A stretch of 64,000 nucleotides of DNA from Nannocystales bacterium (GCA_050633305.1 JBOEGF010000013.1:64001-128000), one strand, 5' to 3'; counted from the first letter of the stretch, positions 1 through 10,870 are shown. Translations and numbers: made by a program. The notes: generated by a model not told the origin, from the sequence alone.

Positions 1-1
1 G

Positions 2-322
2 AGCGAAGCCGAAGAGACCCCGTCCGACGACGCCGAAACCACGGAGCCCAAAGCCAAGAAAGAACTCCTGGGACAGCTCGAAGACGGCCTCGGTGAACTC
101 AAGACGATGGCCGGAGACCTGGGCGAGCGCCTCTCGGGAGCCGCCACCGAAGTCTCTGCCGAGGCTAAGGAGACTTGGCAGAAGATGGAGCCGGGGGTGA
201 AAGAGAAGCTCAAGACCGCAGAACAGACGCTCGAGCAGGTCACCGACACGGCGGCCGAGCAACTCAAGGGTCTGTTTGGCGAACTCAAGTCTTCGATGCA
301 GTCCCTCAAGGACAAGCTCTGA
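2..322 (+). CDS. Hypothetical acidic/coiled-coil protein, 5'-truncated by the window edge
   Basis: Frame is open from position 2 (SEAEETPSDDAETTEPKAKKELLGQLEDGLGELKTMAG...) to TGA at 320-322, with high GC3 and amphipathic helical repeats. Confidence 0.7.
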   Translation, partial: SEAEETPSDDAETTEPKAKKELLGQLEDGLGELKTMAGDLGERLSGAATEVSAEAKETWQKMEPGVKEKLKTAEQTLEQVTDTAAEQLKGLFGELKSSMQSLKDKL

Positions 323-1551
323 GCCTCGCGCTCTCCACACACGAGGTCCTCAGCGCCGCCGAGCGCGAGCACTACGCAGCCGAACGACGGCGCGACCGAG
401 GCCTGCTGGGTCGGCGTCGCGGGCTCATTGGATTCTTCGTCACCCTCTTCACTCTCACCGCGGTGCTCAGCCTGCTCGATGGCGGCAAGGTCGTGGCGGG
501 ATTCTCTCTGGCTGCGGTCTTGCTGATCGCCGAGGTTATCCTCGCCGTCGTCCATCGGACCAAGCCTCAGCGGCAACCCACGGTCGATATCCTGGAGGGC
601 ACGGTGGAGTTCGTCGCCTTCGAGGATGACGAAGAGCCTCGCCAGTCGGAAGCCCCCCACGCGCGATGGTTCGTCGGCGAGCAGCGACTTCATGTGCCGC
701 CGCACTGGCAGCATCTCCTGGCCCATGGCGAGCGTGTCCGCGTTCGCATCGCTCGACCGCCCGGTGAGCGCCTCGCGTTCGTCTTGGGCATCGATGGCAG
801 GGCCAACGTCGACTTCGAACGCTCGCGAGGCTTGCCGCCCGCACCCGCCGAGCAGCCCGTCCTCCTGCTGCTCGCGCTCACCACGGGGCTCATCGTCGTT
901 CCCGGGCTGCTCATCGGAGCGGCCCAGTTCGCGTTTGGTGACTCCAAGCCCGCCGAAGGTCTCGCGGCACTGTCGGCCGTCGCCGCAGGCGAGCACATCG
1001 GGACCCTGGCGGAGGTCGAGCGTGTGGGTTTGCCCGAGCAGGGCACAGTCACAATCCGAGACGCGACGGTTCTGCCCCGGGAGTGGGTCGTCGATCCCCC
1101 GGCGGAGGCCGCCTGGGCCGTGCTCAGTTCGGAGGGCCGGGATCGGCTCACCACGATGCTCGAAACGAAACACGGGAGAAAGGCGGGCGGCATCCCCAAG
1201 CCGGACGAGGAATCCGAGCCGGTCGCACTTGGCCCCGCGGACATCCTTCTGTGGCGCCGCGCAGAGCTCCACGAAACCCGCAGCCCCACCGGGCGACCCG
1301 GAGACCAAGTTCTGGTGTGGCTGGGCCGCCACAAACCGCTCGAGCTTGTCCGGACGCAGACCGACCCGGGCGCGCCACCGCTCGTCCGAGCCCGCGAGCA
1401 GGCCGAGAACCTTGCGTTCGCGACCGGCTCCCTTCTCCTCGCCATGTGTGTCTTTCCGGTGTTTCTGCTTACATTCGGGGCCATCGTGTGGGCTCGTTCC
1501 GCACGAGCGCGGTTTCGGGCTCGAGCATTGCGGACCTACGGAGTCACCTAG
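319..1551 (+). CDS. Hypothetical multi-pass membrane protein
   Basis: ORF 175..1551 has about 4 hydrophobic segments. The part overlapping the upstream gene reads as off-frame. Start is uncertain; CTG at 319 is proposed (see findings). Confidence 0.65.
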   Translation: MSLALSTHEVLSAAEREHYAAERRRDRGLLGRRRGLIGFFVTLFTLTAVLSLLDGGKVVAGFSLAAVLLIAEVILAVVHRTKPQRQPTVDILEGTVEFVAFEDDEEPRQSEAPHARWFVGEQRLHVPPHWQHLLAHGERVRVRIARPPGERLAFVLGIDGRANVDFERSRGLPPAPAEQPVLLLLALTTGLIVVPGLLIGAAQFAFGDSKPAEGLAALSAVAAGEHIGTLAEVERVGLPEQGTVTIRDATVLPREWVVDPPAEAAWAVLSSEGRDRLTTMLETKHGRKAGGIPKPDEESEPVALGPADILLWRRAELHETRSPTGRPGDQVLVWLGRHKPLELVRTQTDPGAPPLVRAREQAENLAFATGSLLLAMCVFPVFLLTFGAIVWARSARARFRARALRTYGVT

Positions 1552-1614
1552 CTTCACCTAGGTGGTTGCGTACCGCGGCACGTCCGACGAAGATTGCGCC
1601 GAGGCCGAACCGAC

Positions 1615-2022
1615 GTGACGAACCCGCAGAACTACATCACCGAGGACACCACCATCAAAGGCAGCATCACCACTGCCTCGTCACTCACGATCGCGGGGGC
1701 GATTGAGGGCGACGTCAACGCCGGTGGCGAGATCACGGTGTTGGACGATGCGCTCATCAAGGGCGATGTCTCCGGGCCCAACGTCAAGATCCTTGGCAAG
1801 GTTGAAGGCCGCGTGAGCGCGACGGGCCGTCTCGAGATCTCATCCTCGGGACAGGTCATCGGCGACATCTCGGTCCGCGCACTTCACATCGAAGAAGGCG
1901 GCACCCTCGAGGGCGAATGCAAGATGGGGGGCAGCGCGAAGGCGCCTCGACCGACTGCCGCCGCTCCTGCCGGGACACCGCGCCCGGCCGCATCCAGCCT
2001 GCCCCCTCCGGGCGGCGCCTGA
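1615..2022 (+). CDS. Bactofilin (polymer-forming cytoskeletal protein)
   Basis: Beta-helix repeats ITEDTTIKGSI / LTIAGAIEGDV / IKGDV / ILGKVEGRV / VIGDI / LHIEEGGTLEGECKM and a Pro/Ala-rich tail. GTG start at 1615. Confidence 0.9.
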   Translation: MTNPQNYITEDTTIKGSITTASSLTIAGAIEGDVNAGGEITVLDDALIKGDVSGPNVKILGKVEGRVSATGRLEISSSGQVIGDISVRALHIEEGGTLEGECKMGGSAKAPRPTAAAPAGTPRPAASSLPPPGGA

Positions 2023-2030
2023 TCGCCGAA

Positions 2031-2060
2031 GCACCGAGCCCTGTTCGCAGGGCACGGTGC
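2031..2060 (+). terminator. GC-rich hairpin after the bactofilin gene, possible terminator
   Basis: GCACCG-A-GCCCTG-TTCG-CAGGGC-A-CGGTGC starts 8 nt after the stop codon. It has a UUCG loop but no strong U-tract. Confidence 0.5.
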
Positions 2061-2486
2061 GTTCCCGTCGAACAAAGACACTGAGACCGCGACATCCGCT
2101 CGCGGTTCAGTCACGTGTGCGATGCGAGCGATCCCATGGCGGGCCCTCATCCGTCCCGAGTCCACGACATCAGCGCCGACATCTCCAGAACCTCAGTGGG
2201 CCAGGCGATGCGCGGCACGTCGCACTCCGTCGACCCGAGAGAGCTCTCACGCGTGCGGATGCGCTGTGCTGAGCCTGCACGACGACCGCGATGTCCGAAA
2301 CAAATTCGGGCGGCGTTGGTTCGCACGCGCGCGGCTTCAGCTCTTCAACCAGCGCGTTTACACGGGGACGCCTGAGGACATGTTCCGTGCTCTACCCACC
2401 GTGCGACGACGCACGATGCGTCGCACGGGGTCCACCCGGTTTGCACACGTTTTCAGCTGGGGCGTTTCGGCTAGCATTTTCGACGA

Positions 2487-4163
2487 ATGGGATCCTCATC
2501 GAACACGGACGTGAACGTTGACTTCGAGGTCGATCCGGCGTCGTACCGACACTGGAAAGTCTCGTACGACGGGGCGATCGCCCGCGTCGCAATGGATGTC
2601 GATCCGAACGGCGGCCTTCGAAGTGACTACGAGCTCAAGCTCAACTCGTACGACCTCGGTGTCGACGTTGAGCTGGCCGACATCGTTCGCCGGATGCGGT
2701 TTGAGCACCCCGAAGTACGCGTGGTCGTGATGACCTCCGCCAACGAGAAGGTGTTCTGCGCTGGCGCCAACATCCACATGCTCGGCACCAGCACCCACGG
2801 GTGGAAGGTGAACTTCTGCAAGTTCACCAACGAGACTCGGTGCGAGATCGAAGAAGCCACCGAAGCCAGCGCCCAGGTCTACATCGCCGCGTGCAACGGA
2901 ACGACGGCTGGAGGGGGCTACGAGCTCGCGCTGGCCTGCAAGGAGATCTACCTGCAGGACGACGGCAACTCGGCGGTCAGCCTGCCTGAGGTACCGCTGC
3001 TCGGCGTCTTGCCCGGCACCGGTGGCCTCACCCGCTTGGTCGACAAACGCCGCATCCGTCGCGACCGCGCGGACGTCTTCTCCACGATGGCAGAAGGCAT
3101 GCGAGGCAAGCGTGCCGTCCAGTGGAACCTGGTCGACGACGTGTTCCCGCGCTCCAAGTTCGATACGAAGATCGCCGCGCGCTGCGAAACGATCATCTCC
3201 GAAACGACTGACCTCGCCACCGGCACGCGCGAAGGCGTGAAGCTCGGCAAGCTCGCAGTCGAAGAGACCGACTCAGGCCGCAAATACTCCAGCGTCGAGG
3301 TCACGTGGGACGACAAGGCTCGCACCGCAACGCTGACCATCGAAGGCCCTACCGCCGAGGACGTCGCGCTCGCCGAGCGTGGAGCCGAAGCGATGCACGG
3401 CGCCGGTGACCAGCTGTGGGCGCTCCGTGCCTATCGCGAGTTCGACGACGCGCTGCTGCAGCTGCGTTGCAACCACCCCAACGTCGGGATGATCGTCGTG
3501 CGCGCCAAAGGTGACGCGCAGCGCGTGGTCGCCCATGACGCCGCGCTCGTGAAGACCCGGGACCACTGGTTCGTCCGCGAAGTGCTCCTGCACATGGGCC
3601 GCGTGCTCCGCCGCATGGACAACACCAGCCGCTCGTTCTTCGCCCTTGGCGATGCCGGCACCGCGTTCGCAGGAAACCTCTTGGAGCTCGCTCTTGCGGC
3701 CGACAGGTTCTATTTGTTGGACGACCCGGACAACGTCGTTCACGTCGGTATGGGCGACCTCAACGAAGGTGCACTTCCGATGAACACCGGCCTCACGCGG
3801 ATCCAAGCGCGCTTGTACGGCGAACCCGACAAGGCCGAAGCCCTCACCGGGCGCCGCGACCTCCTCGAGCCCGAAGATGCCGACGAGGCCGGACTCACCA
3901 CGATGTTGCTCGACGACATCGACTGGGACGACGACATCCGAATCGCAATCGAGGAGCGCGTCAGCCTCAGCCCCGACGCACTCACGGGCATGGAGCAGAA
4001 CCTCCGCTTCGTCGGCCCCGAAACGCCCGACTCCAAGATCTACGCCCGACTCAGCGCGTGGCAGAACTGGATCTTCATCCGCCCCAACGCCACCGGCCCC
4101 GAGGGCGCACTCACGATGTACGGCCGTCCCGAACGCCCCGCCTTCGACTGGCGCCGCGTCTAA
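2487..4163 (+). CDS. boxC: 2,3-epoxybenzoyl-CoA dihydrolase BoxC (tandem crotonase fold)
   Basis: Motifs YRHWK, LKLNSYDLGVDVELAD, RFEHPEV, FCAGANI, VNFCKFTNETR, GGGYELALAC, LPEVPLLGVLPGTGGLTR and SPDALTGME..RLSAWQNWIF.RPNA. Directly upstream of boxB. Confidence 0.95.
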   Translation: MGSSSNTDVNVDFEVDPASYRHWKVSYDGAIARVAMDVDPNGGLRSDYELKLNSYDLGVDVELADIVRRMRFEHPEVRVVVMTSANEKVFCAGANIHMLGTSTHGWKVNFCKFTNETRCEIEEATEASAQVYIAACNGTTAGGGYELALACKEIYLQDDGNSAVSLPEVPLLGVLPGTGGLTRLVDKRRIRRDRADVFSTMAEGMRGKRAVQWNLVDDVFPRSKFDTKIAARCETIISETTDLATGTREGVKLGKLAVEETDSGRKYSSVEVTWDDKARTATLTIEGPTAEDVALAERGAEAMHGAGDQLWALRAYREFDDALLQLRCNHPNVGMIVVRAKGDAQRVVAHDAALVKTRDHWFVREVLLHMGRVLRRMDNTSRSFFALGDAGTAFAGNLLELALAADRFYLLDDPDNVVHVGMGDLNEGALPMNTGLTRIQARLYGEPDKAEALTGRRDLLEPEDADEAGLTTMLLDDIDWDDDIRIAIEERVSLSPDALTGMEQNLRFVGPETPDSKIYARLSAWQNWIFIRPNATGPEGALTMYGRPERPAFDWRRV

Positions 4164-4187
4164 CTCAACACTTCTGGAGCACTCGCA

Positions 4188-5621
<1,434 letters not shown>

Positions 5622-5641
5622 AACGCGCTCGTTGCTCCGAA

Positions 5642-5674
5642 GCCCGCCCCGGTGTGTGCCGCGGCGGGCGTTGT
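5642..5674 (+). terminator. Possible intrinsic terminator after boxB
   Basis: GCCCGCC...GGCGGGC stem about 20 nt after the stop, followed by only a weak GTTGT tail. Confidence 0.35.
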
Positions 5675-5951
5675 CGTGAGCTCGGTCTCCGCATAGACGA
5701 GCGACGCAGCGGCGGGAGTTCAGGCAAAATGAAGTGCGAAAAAACCCAGCCGTGCCGCCCCGTAGAGCCGTTCGCGAACACCGCCGAGTGACCCGCAGCG
5801 CACCCGCTGAGATGGCACGGTCCCGAAGCGGATTCGCATGCCGCGGCGGGGCCCACGGGCGGATGCGCGGGCCCGCCCCGGGACCACTTGGGACCGGCCC
5901 AAGCGCCTGAAACCGCGGTCCTCTGGTGAAGAACCGTGACAGAATACAAAG

Positions 5952-6527
5952 ATGGGAGCGGGCCGACTCATCAAGGGCATCGATCTCGTCGGGCTCGTGA
6001 AGTCGCTGCGGGTTGCTCGTAGCGACAACCGCCTCCAGGGATTGGATCCCTCAGACCTGGAGCTCATCGATCAGCGGGTGCTCCTGTCCAACTGGTACCC
6101 GCTCGACCACTTTCGACGAGTGCTCCTCCTCAACCATCGGCACATCCAAGGCGGTACGAACGAGGCCGCCCGCGCCATGGGCGAGTTCGGTGCCAAGACG
6201 GCACTAGAGGGCGCTCACAGCGTCTTCCTACACCCAGGCGATCCCCTTCAAACCCTCCGCGGCATGGCCACGATCTGGTCCGCCCACTTCAACTTCGGGG
6301 AGATCAACGTGCACGTCGATGGCAACACGGTGCGGGTCGTCGTGCAGGGATACGACGACATGGAAGTGTTGCACGGGACGCTGCTGTTCGGGTGGATCAC
6401 CAAGGCGGCCGAGCTCGCGGGTGCCCAGATCGAGACCTCCAAGATCGAAGAGTCTCCGTGGCACGGTGCCGACTGCCTCGTGGTCATGATGCGGCTGGGA
6501 TCCCTCGAACCCACCCGTCCTTCGTGA
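5952..6527 (+). CDS. Myxobacterial DUF2378/TIGR02265-like protein (H-NOX/V4R-like fold)
   Basis: IKG..L start, NWYPL motif, MGEFGA, 'IWSAHFNFGEI', 'GWITKAAELAGA' and C-terminal beta strands. Confidence 0.6.
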   Translation: MGAGRLIKGIDLVGLVKSLRVARSDNRLQGLDPSDLELIDQRVLLSNWYPLDHFRRVLLLNHRHIQGGTNEAARAMGEFGAKTALEGAHSVFLHPGDPLQTLRGMATIWSAHFNFGEINVHVDGNTVRVVVQGYDDMEVLHGTLLFGWITKAAELAGAQIETSKIEESPWHGADCLVVMMRLGSLEPTRPS

Positions 6528-6941
6528 CCGCCCACGGCGAAGCCCTCGGCCGGAGTCGACGGAGGGCTCGAGTCTGAACGAAACCGGAGGACCGTCGGTA
6601 CCCCAACGGCGCACGCGAGGCGGTCGTTCAAAGACCCGCGGCAGGACGCGTTTACAGCCCTCCCCCCTGAGCGCGCGACCTCCTGTGCCACCAGGTACTG
6701 CATGGGCTCAACATCGACCAAGTCGGTGCCCTGCATCCCGAGCACCGAACCACAGCGTTCCGCTTGGATCGAGAACGCACGCAAAGCCCTGCTACGGGAA
6801 ACTCGTAAGGCGCTGATGAATCGCTTGCGGGTCGGCAGCGGAGAGTTCTCAGCATCATGCGGGTGGCGGGCGGTGACCTCGATATCAGTGTGCGGCGCCT
6901 TCTGGCCAGCGAGGTCGAAGAAGAGCCGGGCCAGGGCTGAG

Positions 6942-7313
6942 TCAGCTCCGACGCTCGGCTAGCACGAACCCGGTTACGAAAGCGACCTCGCCCGCAACAG
7001 CGACGAAGATGCCCGAGCCGACATTGCCCGAGATGAACTCCGCCGTGCCCAAGACGGCGAGCGCCAGCAGGGCGACCACCATGCCGCGTGTGACTGCGGT
7101 ACGACCCGGTGAGTGCTCAGCGTGGCGAGACGACCACGCCATCGTCGCCATTCCGAGAAACAGCATCGCCGCGCGTCGCCCCAGAATAATCGTTGAGGCG
7201 TGGCCTTCGATGTCCAGCAGATCGAAGATGGAGTCCGGCGTGAACAGCAGCTCGAGGCACAGGATGGTGAAGAGCACTGCTGCGGCAGAGCTGACGATAC
7301 GGTAGCTGTGCAT
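6942..7313 (-). CDS. Small 4-TM membrane protein (DUF4267-like)
   Basis: Four hydrophobic helices and an 'RRAAMLFLG' motif, with an AGGAG RBS upstream on the minus strand. Confidence 0.7.
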   Translation of the reverse strand: MHSYRIVSSAAAVLFTILCLELLFTPDSIFDLLDIEGHASTIILGRRAAMLFLGMATMAWSSRHAEHSPGRTAVTRGMVVALLALAVLGTAEFISGNVGSGIFVAVAGEVAFVTGFVLAERRS

Positions 7314-7407
7314 TCTCCTTGGGTTCCCACGCGGACCCTACCGCCGCGAGGGAGGCTGGCAAGAGCGGCCTACTCGACGGGCGGAGCCAAGCTCACGGTG
7401 CCCGCGC

Positions 7408-8319
7408 TCAGCTCGAGGCAGCGCCTTTTGAGCACCGTCCCTCGAGCTGCGGAGAACCGCGCTCGAGCGCGGCTCGCACGTGTTCATAGAACGCCCGTAC
7501 ACGTGGTGTCGAGCGATGGTCGGGATGCCGAAGGACGTACACCGCGGTGGCTTCGAGCGGCTCACTGATCCGGCATAGACGCCCCTGCGGATCCGCGAGG
7601 AAACACGGTAAGGCGGCCAGCCCCAGACCCTGGGCCGTCGCCTCGAGCTGAGTCGGAATCCCTCCAAGTCGCCCATGGACCGGCACCTCGGGAAAGCGCT
7701 CGTCCTTGAGCGCGGTCGGGTACGGACCGTTCTCGTCCCACCCGACCCAACGACACTCCGCAGGTTTTCCCTCAGGGTCGTGCGACGCGAGGTAGTCGTG
7801 GGACGCGTACACAGCATAAGCGAACCCCGATACCCGACGCGCGATCGTGTCGCCGTCGGGAACGGTGGTCACCCGGATGGCGACGTCTGCCTGGTTCATC
7901 GACAGGTTCACCACTTCCGGGGACAGGTCGAGGAGAACCTCGATCTCCGGATGCGTGGCACAGAAGCTCGCGATCGCGGGAACGAGAAATGCCGTGCCGA
8001 GTACGGCGTGGGTCGACACCCTCACCCGACCGGACAGCGGTAGGTCGACACCGGTGATCCTACGCTCCACCGACAGCAACTCGCGCTTGATTGCCCCGGT
8101 CGCGCGCTGCAATTCATCGCCAGCCTCGGTCAGCTTGACCCCATCTGCGCCACGTACGACCAACTTCACCGCGAGTGCCACCTCGAGGTTCGCAAGCCTG
8201 CGCGAGACCGTTGCATGGTCAACTTGAAGTGTCCGTGCGGCTGCCCGAAGACTCCCCGACTCGGCCACCACGCAGAAGAAACGGTAGTCGTCCCAGCTGA
8301 CTTCGAGTGCTCCCGCCAC
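7408..8319 (-). CDS. LysR-family transcriptional regulator
   Basis: WDDYRFFCVVAESGSLRAAARTLQVDHATVSRRLANLE wHTH, LTEAG, substrate-binding domain with ADVAIR and GLGLAALP. Confidence 0.95.
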   Translation of the reverse strand: MAGALEVSWDDYRFFCVVAESGSLRAAARTLQVDHATVSRRLANLEVALAVKLVVRGADGVKLTEAGDELQRATGAIKRELLSVERRITGVDLPLSGRVRVSTHAVLGTAFLVPAIASFCATHPEIEVLLDLSPEVVNLSMNQADVAIRVTTVPDGDTIARRVSGFAYAVYASHDYLASHDPEGKPAECRWVGWDENGPYPTALKDERFPEVPVHGRLGGIPTQLEATAQGLGLAALPCFLADPQGRLCRISEPLEATAVYVLRHPDHRSTPRVRAFYEHVRAALERGSPQLEGRCSKGAASS

Positions 8320-8368
8320 GTGTCGGTCTTAGCCCGGTCACCGTGGCCTGTCGAATCGCGGGCGCAGT

Positions 8369-8396
8369 GGTGCACTGGTGCACCGGGCCGGTGCAC
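8369..8396. promoter_or_regulatory. Candidate operator between the divergent lysR and quinone reductase genes
   Basis: Three GGTGCAC copies (8369, 8377, 8390), including the perfect palindrome GTGCACCGG-G-CCGGTGCAC (8378-8396). Confidence 0.45.
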
Positions 8397-8450
8397 TCCC
8401 TCGCCTTCCGCTCTCCTTGGCCCGCCCCTACCTTGAGCGAACGGGACAGC

Positions 8451-9422
8451 ATGCGACACCTGATTATCTACGCCCATCCGTCGGCGGACAGCTTCAACCA
8501 CGCCCTTCTCGAACGGTCGCGCGCGGTTCTGTCAAGCAGCGGCTCGTGCGACGTCATCGACCTCTACGCGCAAGGTTTCGACCCCCTTCTGGACGCCGAT
8601 GAGCACCACAGTGCGGACGCACCCAAAGACGTCCTTGCGCACCAGCGGCGCATCGAGAAGGCGGACCATCTCGTCTTCATCTATCCGATCTGGTGGTACG
8701 ACCGCCCGGCGATCCTCAAGGGCTGGTGCGACCGTGTCCTGCGATACGGCTTCGCGTACGAGTTCGATGCCGAGTCGGGCACGCCCATCGGGCGGCTCAG
8801 GGGAAAGTCTGCCAGCGTCGTCGTGACGACGGGGCTCATCAAGGAAGGCGACCCAGACCTCGATTGGGCTGTCCGTTCGATGACTCAGGGCACGCTCGAG
8901 TTTTGCGGGATATCGAAGACGCGGCTCTTGCCGCTGTTCGGTGTGCCCCGCGTATCTGCACAAGTGCGAACCCAACTGTTGTCGACCGTAGCGAACTTCC
9001 TGCGGTCGAATGCATCACGACCAACCAAGCAACAACCCATGACCGAACCAACCGACATCCGAGCCTACTACGCGAGCACCATGGCGAAGGCTCCGGCCGC
9101 CGTCATGCAGTGGTACCTGACGTTGAACCTTCGCGACAGCGAGGGGCTTCGCGCCACAATGACCTCCGATTTCACCTTTCACAGCCCTCTGGGAGACTTC
9201 GACTCTCCGCAGGGCTACGTCGACATGGTCGGCAAATTCGGCGGATGGGTCGAGACGAAGCGCCTCGTCATCGAAGGCGACACCGTCGTGCATGAGTTCG
9301 TCTATCACATGACCGATCCAGGGAGCGCAGACATCCCGACCCTCGAGATCTTCGACATGCGCGGCGAGCTGATCTGCGCGTCGAACGTCTACAACAACCC
9401 CGCCGACTTCCCCTCGGACTAG
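8451..9422 (+). CDS. NAD(P)H:quinone oxidoreductase (flavodoxin_2/MdaB-like) fused to a SnoaL/NTF2-like domain
   Basis: LIIYAHPSADSFNHAL, DLYAQGFDP, ADHLVFIYPIWWYDRPAILKGWCDRVL..GFAY. The last ~127 aa (from M at 9039) look like SnoaL (LRATMTSDFTFHSP...IEGDTVV...IFDMRGELI). Confidence 0.85.
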   Translation: MRHLIIYAHPSADSFNHALLERSRAVLSSSGSCDVIDLYAQGFDPLLDADEHHSADAPKDVLAHQRRIEKADHLVFIYPIWWYDRPAILKGWCDRVLRYGFAYEFDAESGTPIGRLRGKSASVVVTTGLIKEGDPDLDWAVRSMTQGTLEFCGISKTRLLPLFGVPRVSAQVRTQLLSTVANFLRSNASRPTKQQPMTEPTDIRAYYASTMAKAPAAVMQWYLTLNLRDSEGLRATMTSDFTFHSPLGDFDSPQGYVDMVGKFGGWVETKRLVIEGDTVVHEFVYHMTDPGSADIPTLEIFDMRGELICASNVYNNPADFPSD

Positions 9423-9494
9423 CCGCGTCGCACCGGCTTCGCGTCTCGATACGAACCCCGCCGCGCTCCCCTCGGACGCCGTAGACACCGTGCC

Positions 9495-10703
9495 CTACGA
9501 CGCCGCGGGGGCGCCTTGACGACGACGGCGCACCTCGGCCTTGGCAACCGGTACCAGTCGCTCCGCGGCCCGCAGGCCTCCGGCAATGTTCAGAGCCACC
9601 GGTCCCAGCTGAAGCTCCGCCAACGCACCGCTGAGGTAGAGCCCGTCGGCCCATTGCAGCTGTGCGTCGACGATCGGCGTCCCGCAGCCTGCTCTTGGAA
9701 AACGCTCCGGGTCGAGCGAGCGAAGCAGTCCTGCGCCCGGCAGGCCTTCGAACCCCGTTGCCAGCGCAACCGCGTCGACCTCGAGCGGCTTCGGTAGACC
9801 GAGCACCCGACGGTCTTCCAGCGCAAACACACCGCGGACTTTGCCGTAGACGAGTTCGGCCGACCCCTGCCGCACGTGACGACGCAGCACCTGCTCGACT
9901 TCCTTGGTCATGGTCCCAGGACGTCGCGCGCGGTCGATCTGACGGCGCCTCACCGACAGGTCATCCTGTTTGGAGAACCTCGCCATCTTCGCCGGGCCGA
10001 GCCATTGCGGGCTGCTGTCGAACTGCATTCGCCTGAGCCGATGCGGGCTCACCAGCCAAACGCGACGCCCCGCTTCACAGAGGCGGTTGGCGAGCTGAGC
10101 CGCCGAGATCCCACCACCGACGACGGCAACCCGATGCAAGTGGGTTCTCGCGACGAGGTCGAAGTTCGGATCGAAGACGTGCTGCAACCAGCGTTGGGGA
10201 GCACCGAGGTGTGGACGCGCCCACGGCGGCACCCGCTCCGTCCCGCCGAGGCCCAGGGCAAGAACGACACGTTTCGCCTGAAGAGACCGGCCTTCTTCGA
10301 GCCCAACGCGCCAACCGTCAACGCCGGGGACGAGTTCGTGTGCTGCGCCTTGTACGTGCAGGGCACTCAGGCCGAACCGCGCAACCACAGCTCGAGCGTG
10401 GGCATCGAAGAGTGCGGTCGATGGACGCGAGTACGGCGGGGCGAACGCCGCGACATCGCCGCGGGGAGCCCACGACTCCGCGAACCGCTCCAGAGACCAG
10501 GGGTCGGCATCGACGTTGTGCACCGAGGGCGACCTCAGATGGGACATCGCAACCGTACTTGCTCGACGGTTCCACGCTTCCATCAGCCCGGCGTGGGGGT
10601 CGAGGATCCGCAGTCCGGCCGGCGAAAGTCCCGCTTTTTCGAGCAGCGCCGCGGCGATGTGCAGGCCTTGCGGCCCACCCCCGATGATCAGCCACTCGAG
10701 CAC
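9495..10703 (-). CDS. FAD/NAD(P)-binding oxidoreductase (class B flavin monooxygenase / N-hydroxylase-like)
   Basis: WLIIGGGPQG (FAD), MSHLRSP, VVLALG, VAVVGGGISAAQ (NAD(P)), ALATGF and GALAELQLGP.A.NI.G. Confidence 0.85.
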   Translation of the reverse strand: MLEWLIIGGGPQGLHIAAALLEKAGLSPAGLRILDPHAGLMEAWNRRASTVAMSHLRSPSVHNVDADPWSLERFAESWAPRGDVAAFAPPYSRPSTALFDAHARAVVARFGLSALHVQGAAHELVPGVDGWRVGLEEGRSLQAKRVVLALGLGGTERVPPWARPHLGAPQRWLQHVFDPNFDLVARTHLHRVAVVGGGISAAQLANRLCEAGRRVWLVSPHRLRRMQFDSSPQWLGPAKMARFSKQDDLSVRRRQIDRARRPGTMTKEVEQVLRRHVRQGSAELVYGKVRGVFALEDRRVLGLPKPLEVDAVALATGFEGLPGAGLLRSLDPERFPRAGCGTPIVDAQLQWADGLYLSGALAELQLGPVALNIAGGLRAAERLVPVAKAEVRRRRQGAPAAS

Positions 10704-10715
10704 GCCGCGACACTA

Positions 10716-10732
10716 TTGCAACGCCTTGGCAT
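10716..10732. promoter_or_regulatory. Degenerate TTGCAA-N5-TTGCAA box near the oxidoreductase start
   Basis: TTGCAA-CGCCT-TGGCAT, two mismatches to the perfect box at 10822-10840, in an AT-rich patch. Confidence 0.45.
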
Positions 10733-10821
10733 TTACAATATTCAACCGGCTGCGGTCGCGAACCGGGGAATCCCCTGGCTCTTGACGTCCACAGGCCGAC
10801 CAAGAGCGACACCCCTTTTCT

Positions 10822-10858
10822 TTTGCAACGCGATTGCAAATGCAACGTGGTGGTTGCA
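10822..10858. promoter_or_regulatory. Palindromic operator(s), candidate Fur/Zur-family box
   Basis: Perfect TTTGCAA-CGCGA-TTGCAAA (10822-10840) followed immediately by TGCAAC-GTGGTG-GTTGCA (10841-10858), just upstream of the His-rich lipoprotein gene. Confidence 0.6.
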
Positions 10859-10870
10859 GGATGTGCGGCG

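Noticed and set aside
2122..2514. 130-aa ORF upstream of boxC as a regulator or boxA fragment
   Set aside because: Arg-rich, with no HTH, Fe-S or FAD motif and non-native codon usage.
5812..5830. TGGCACG as a sigma54 -24 element upstream of the DUF2378-like gene
   Set aside because: There is no TTGC/GC at the required -12 spacing (the GC is 2 nt off). The TTGGCAC in the 25885 palindrome also lacks a -12 element.
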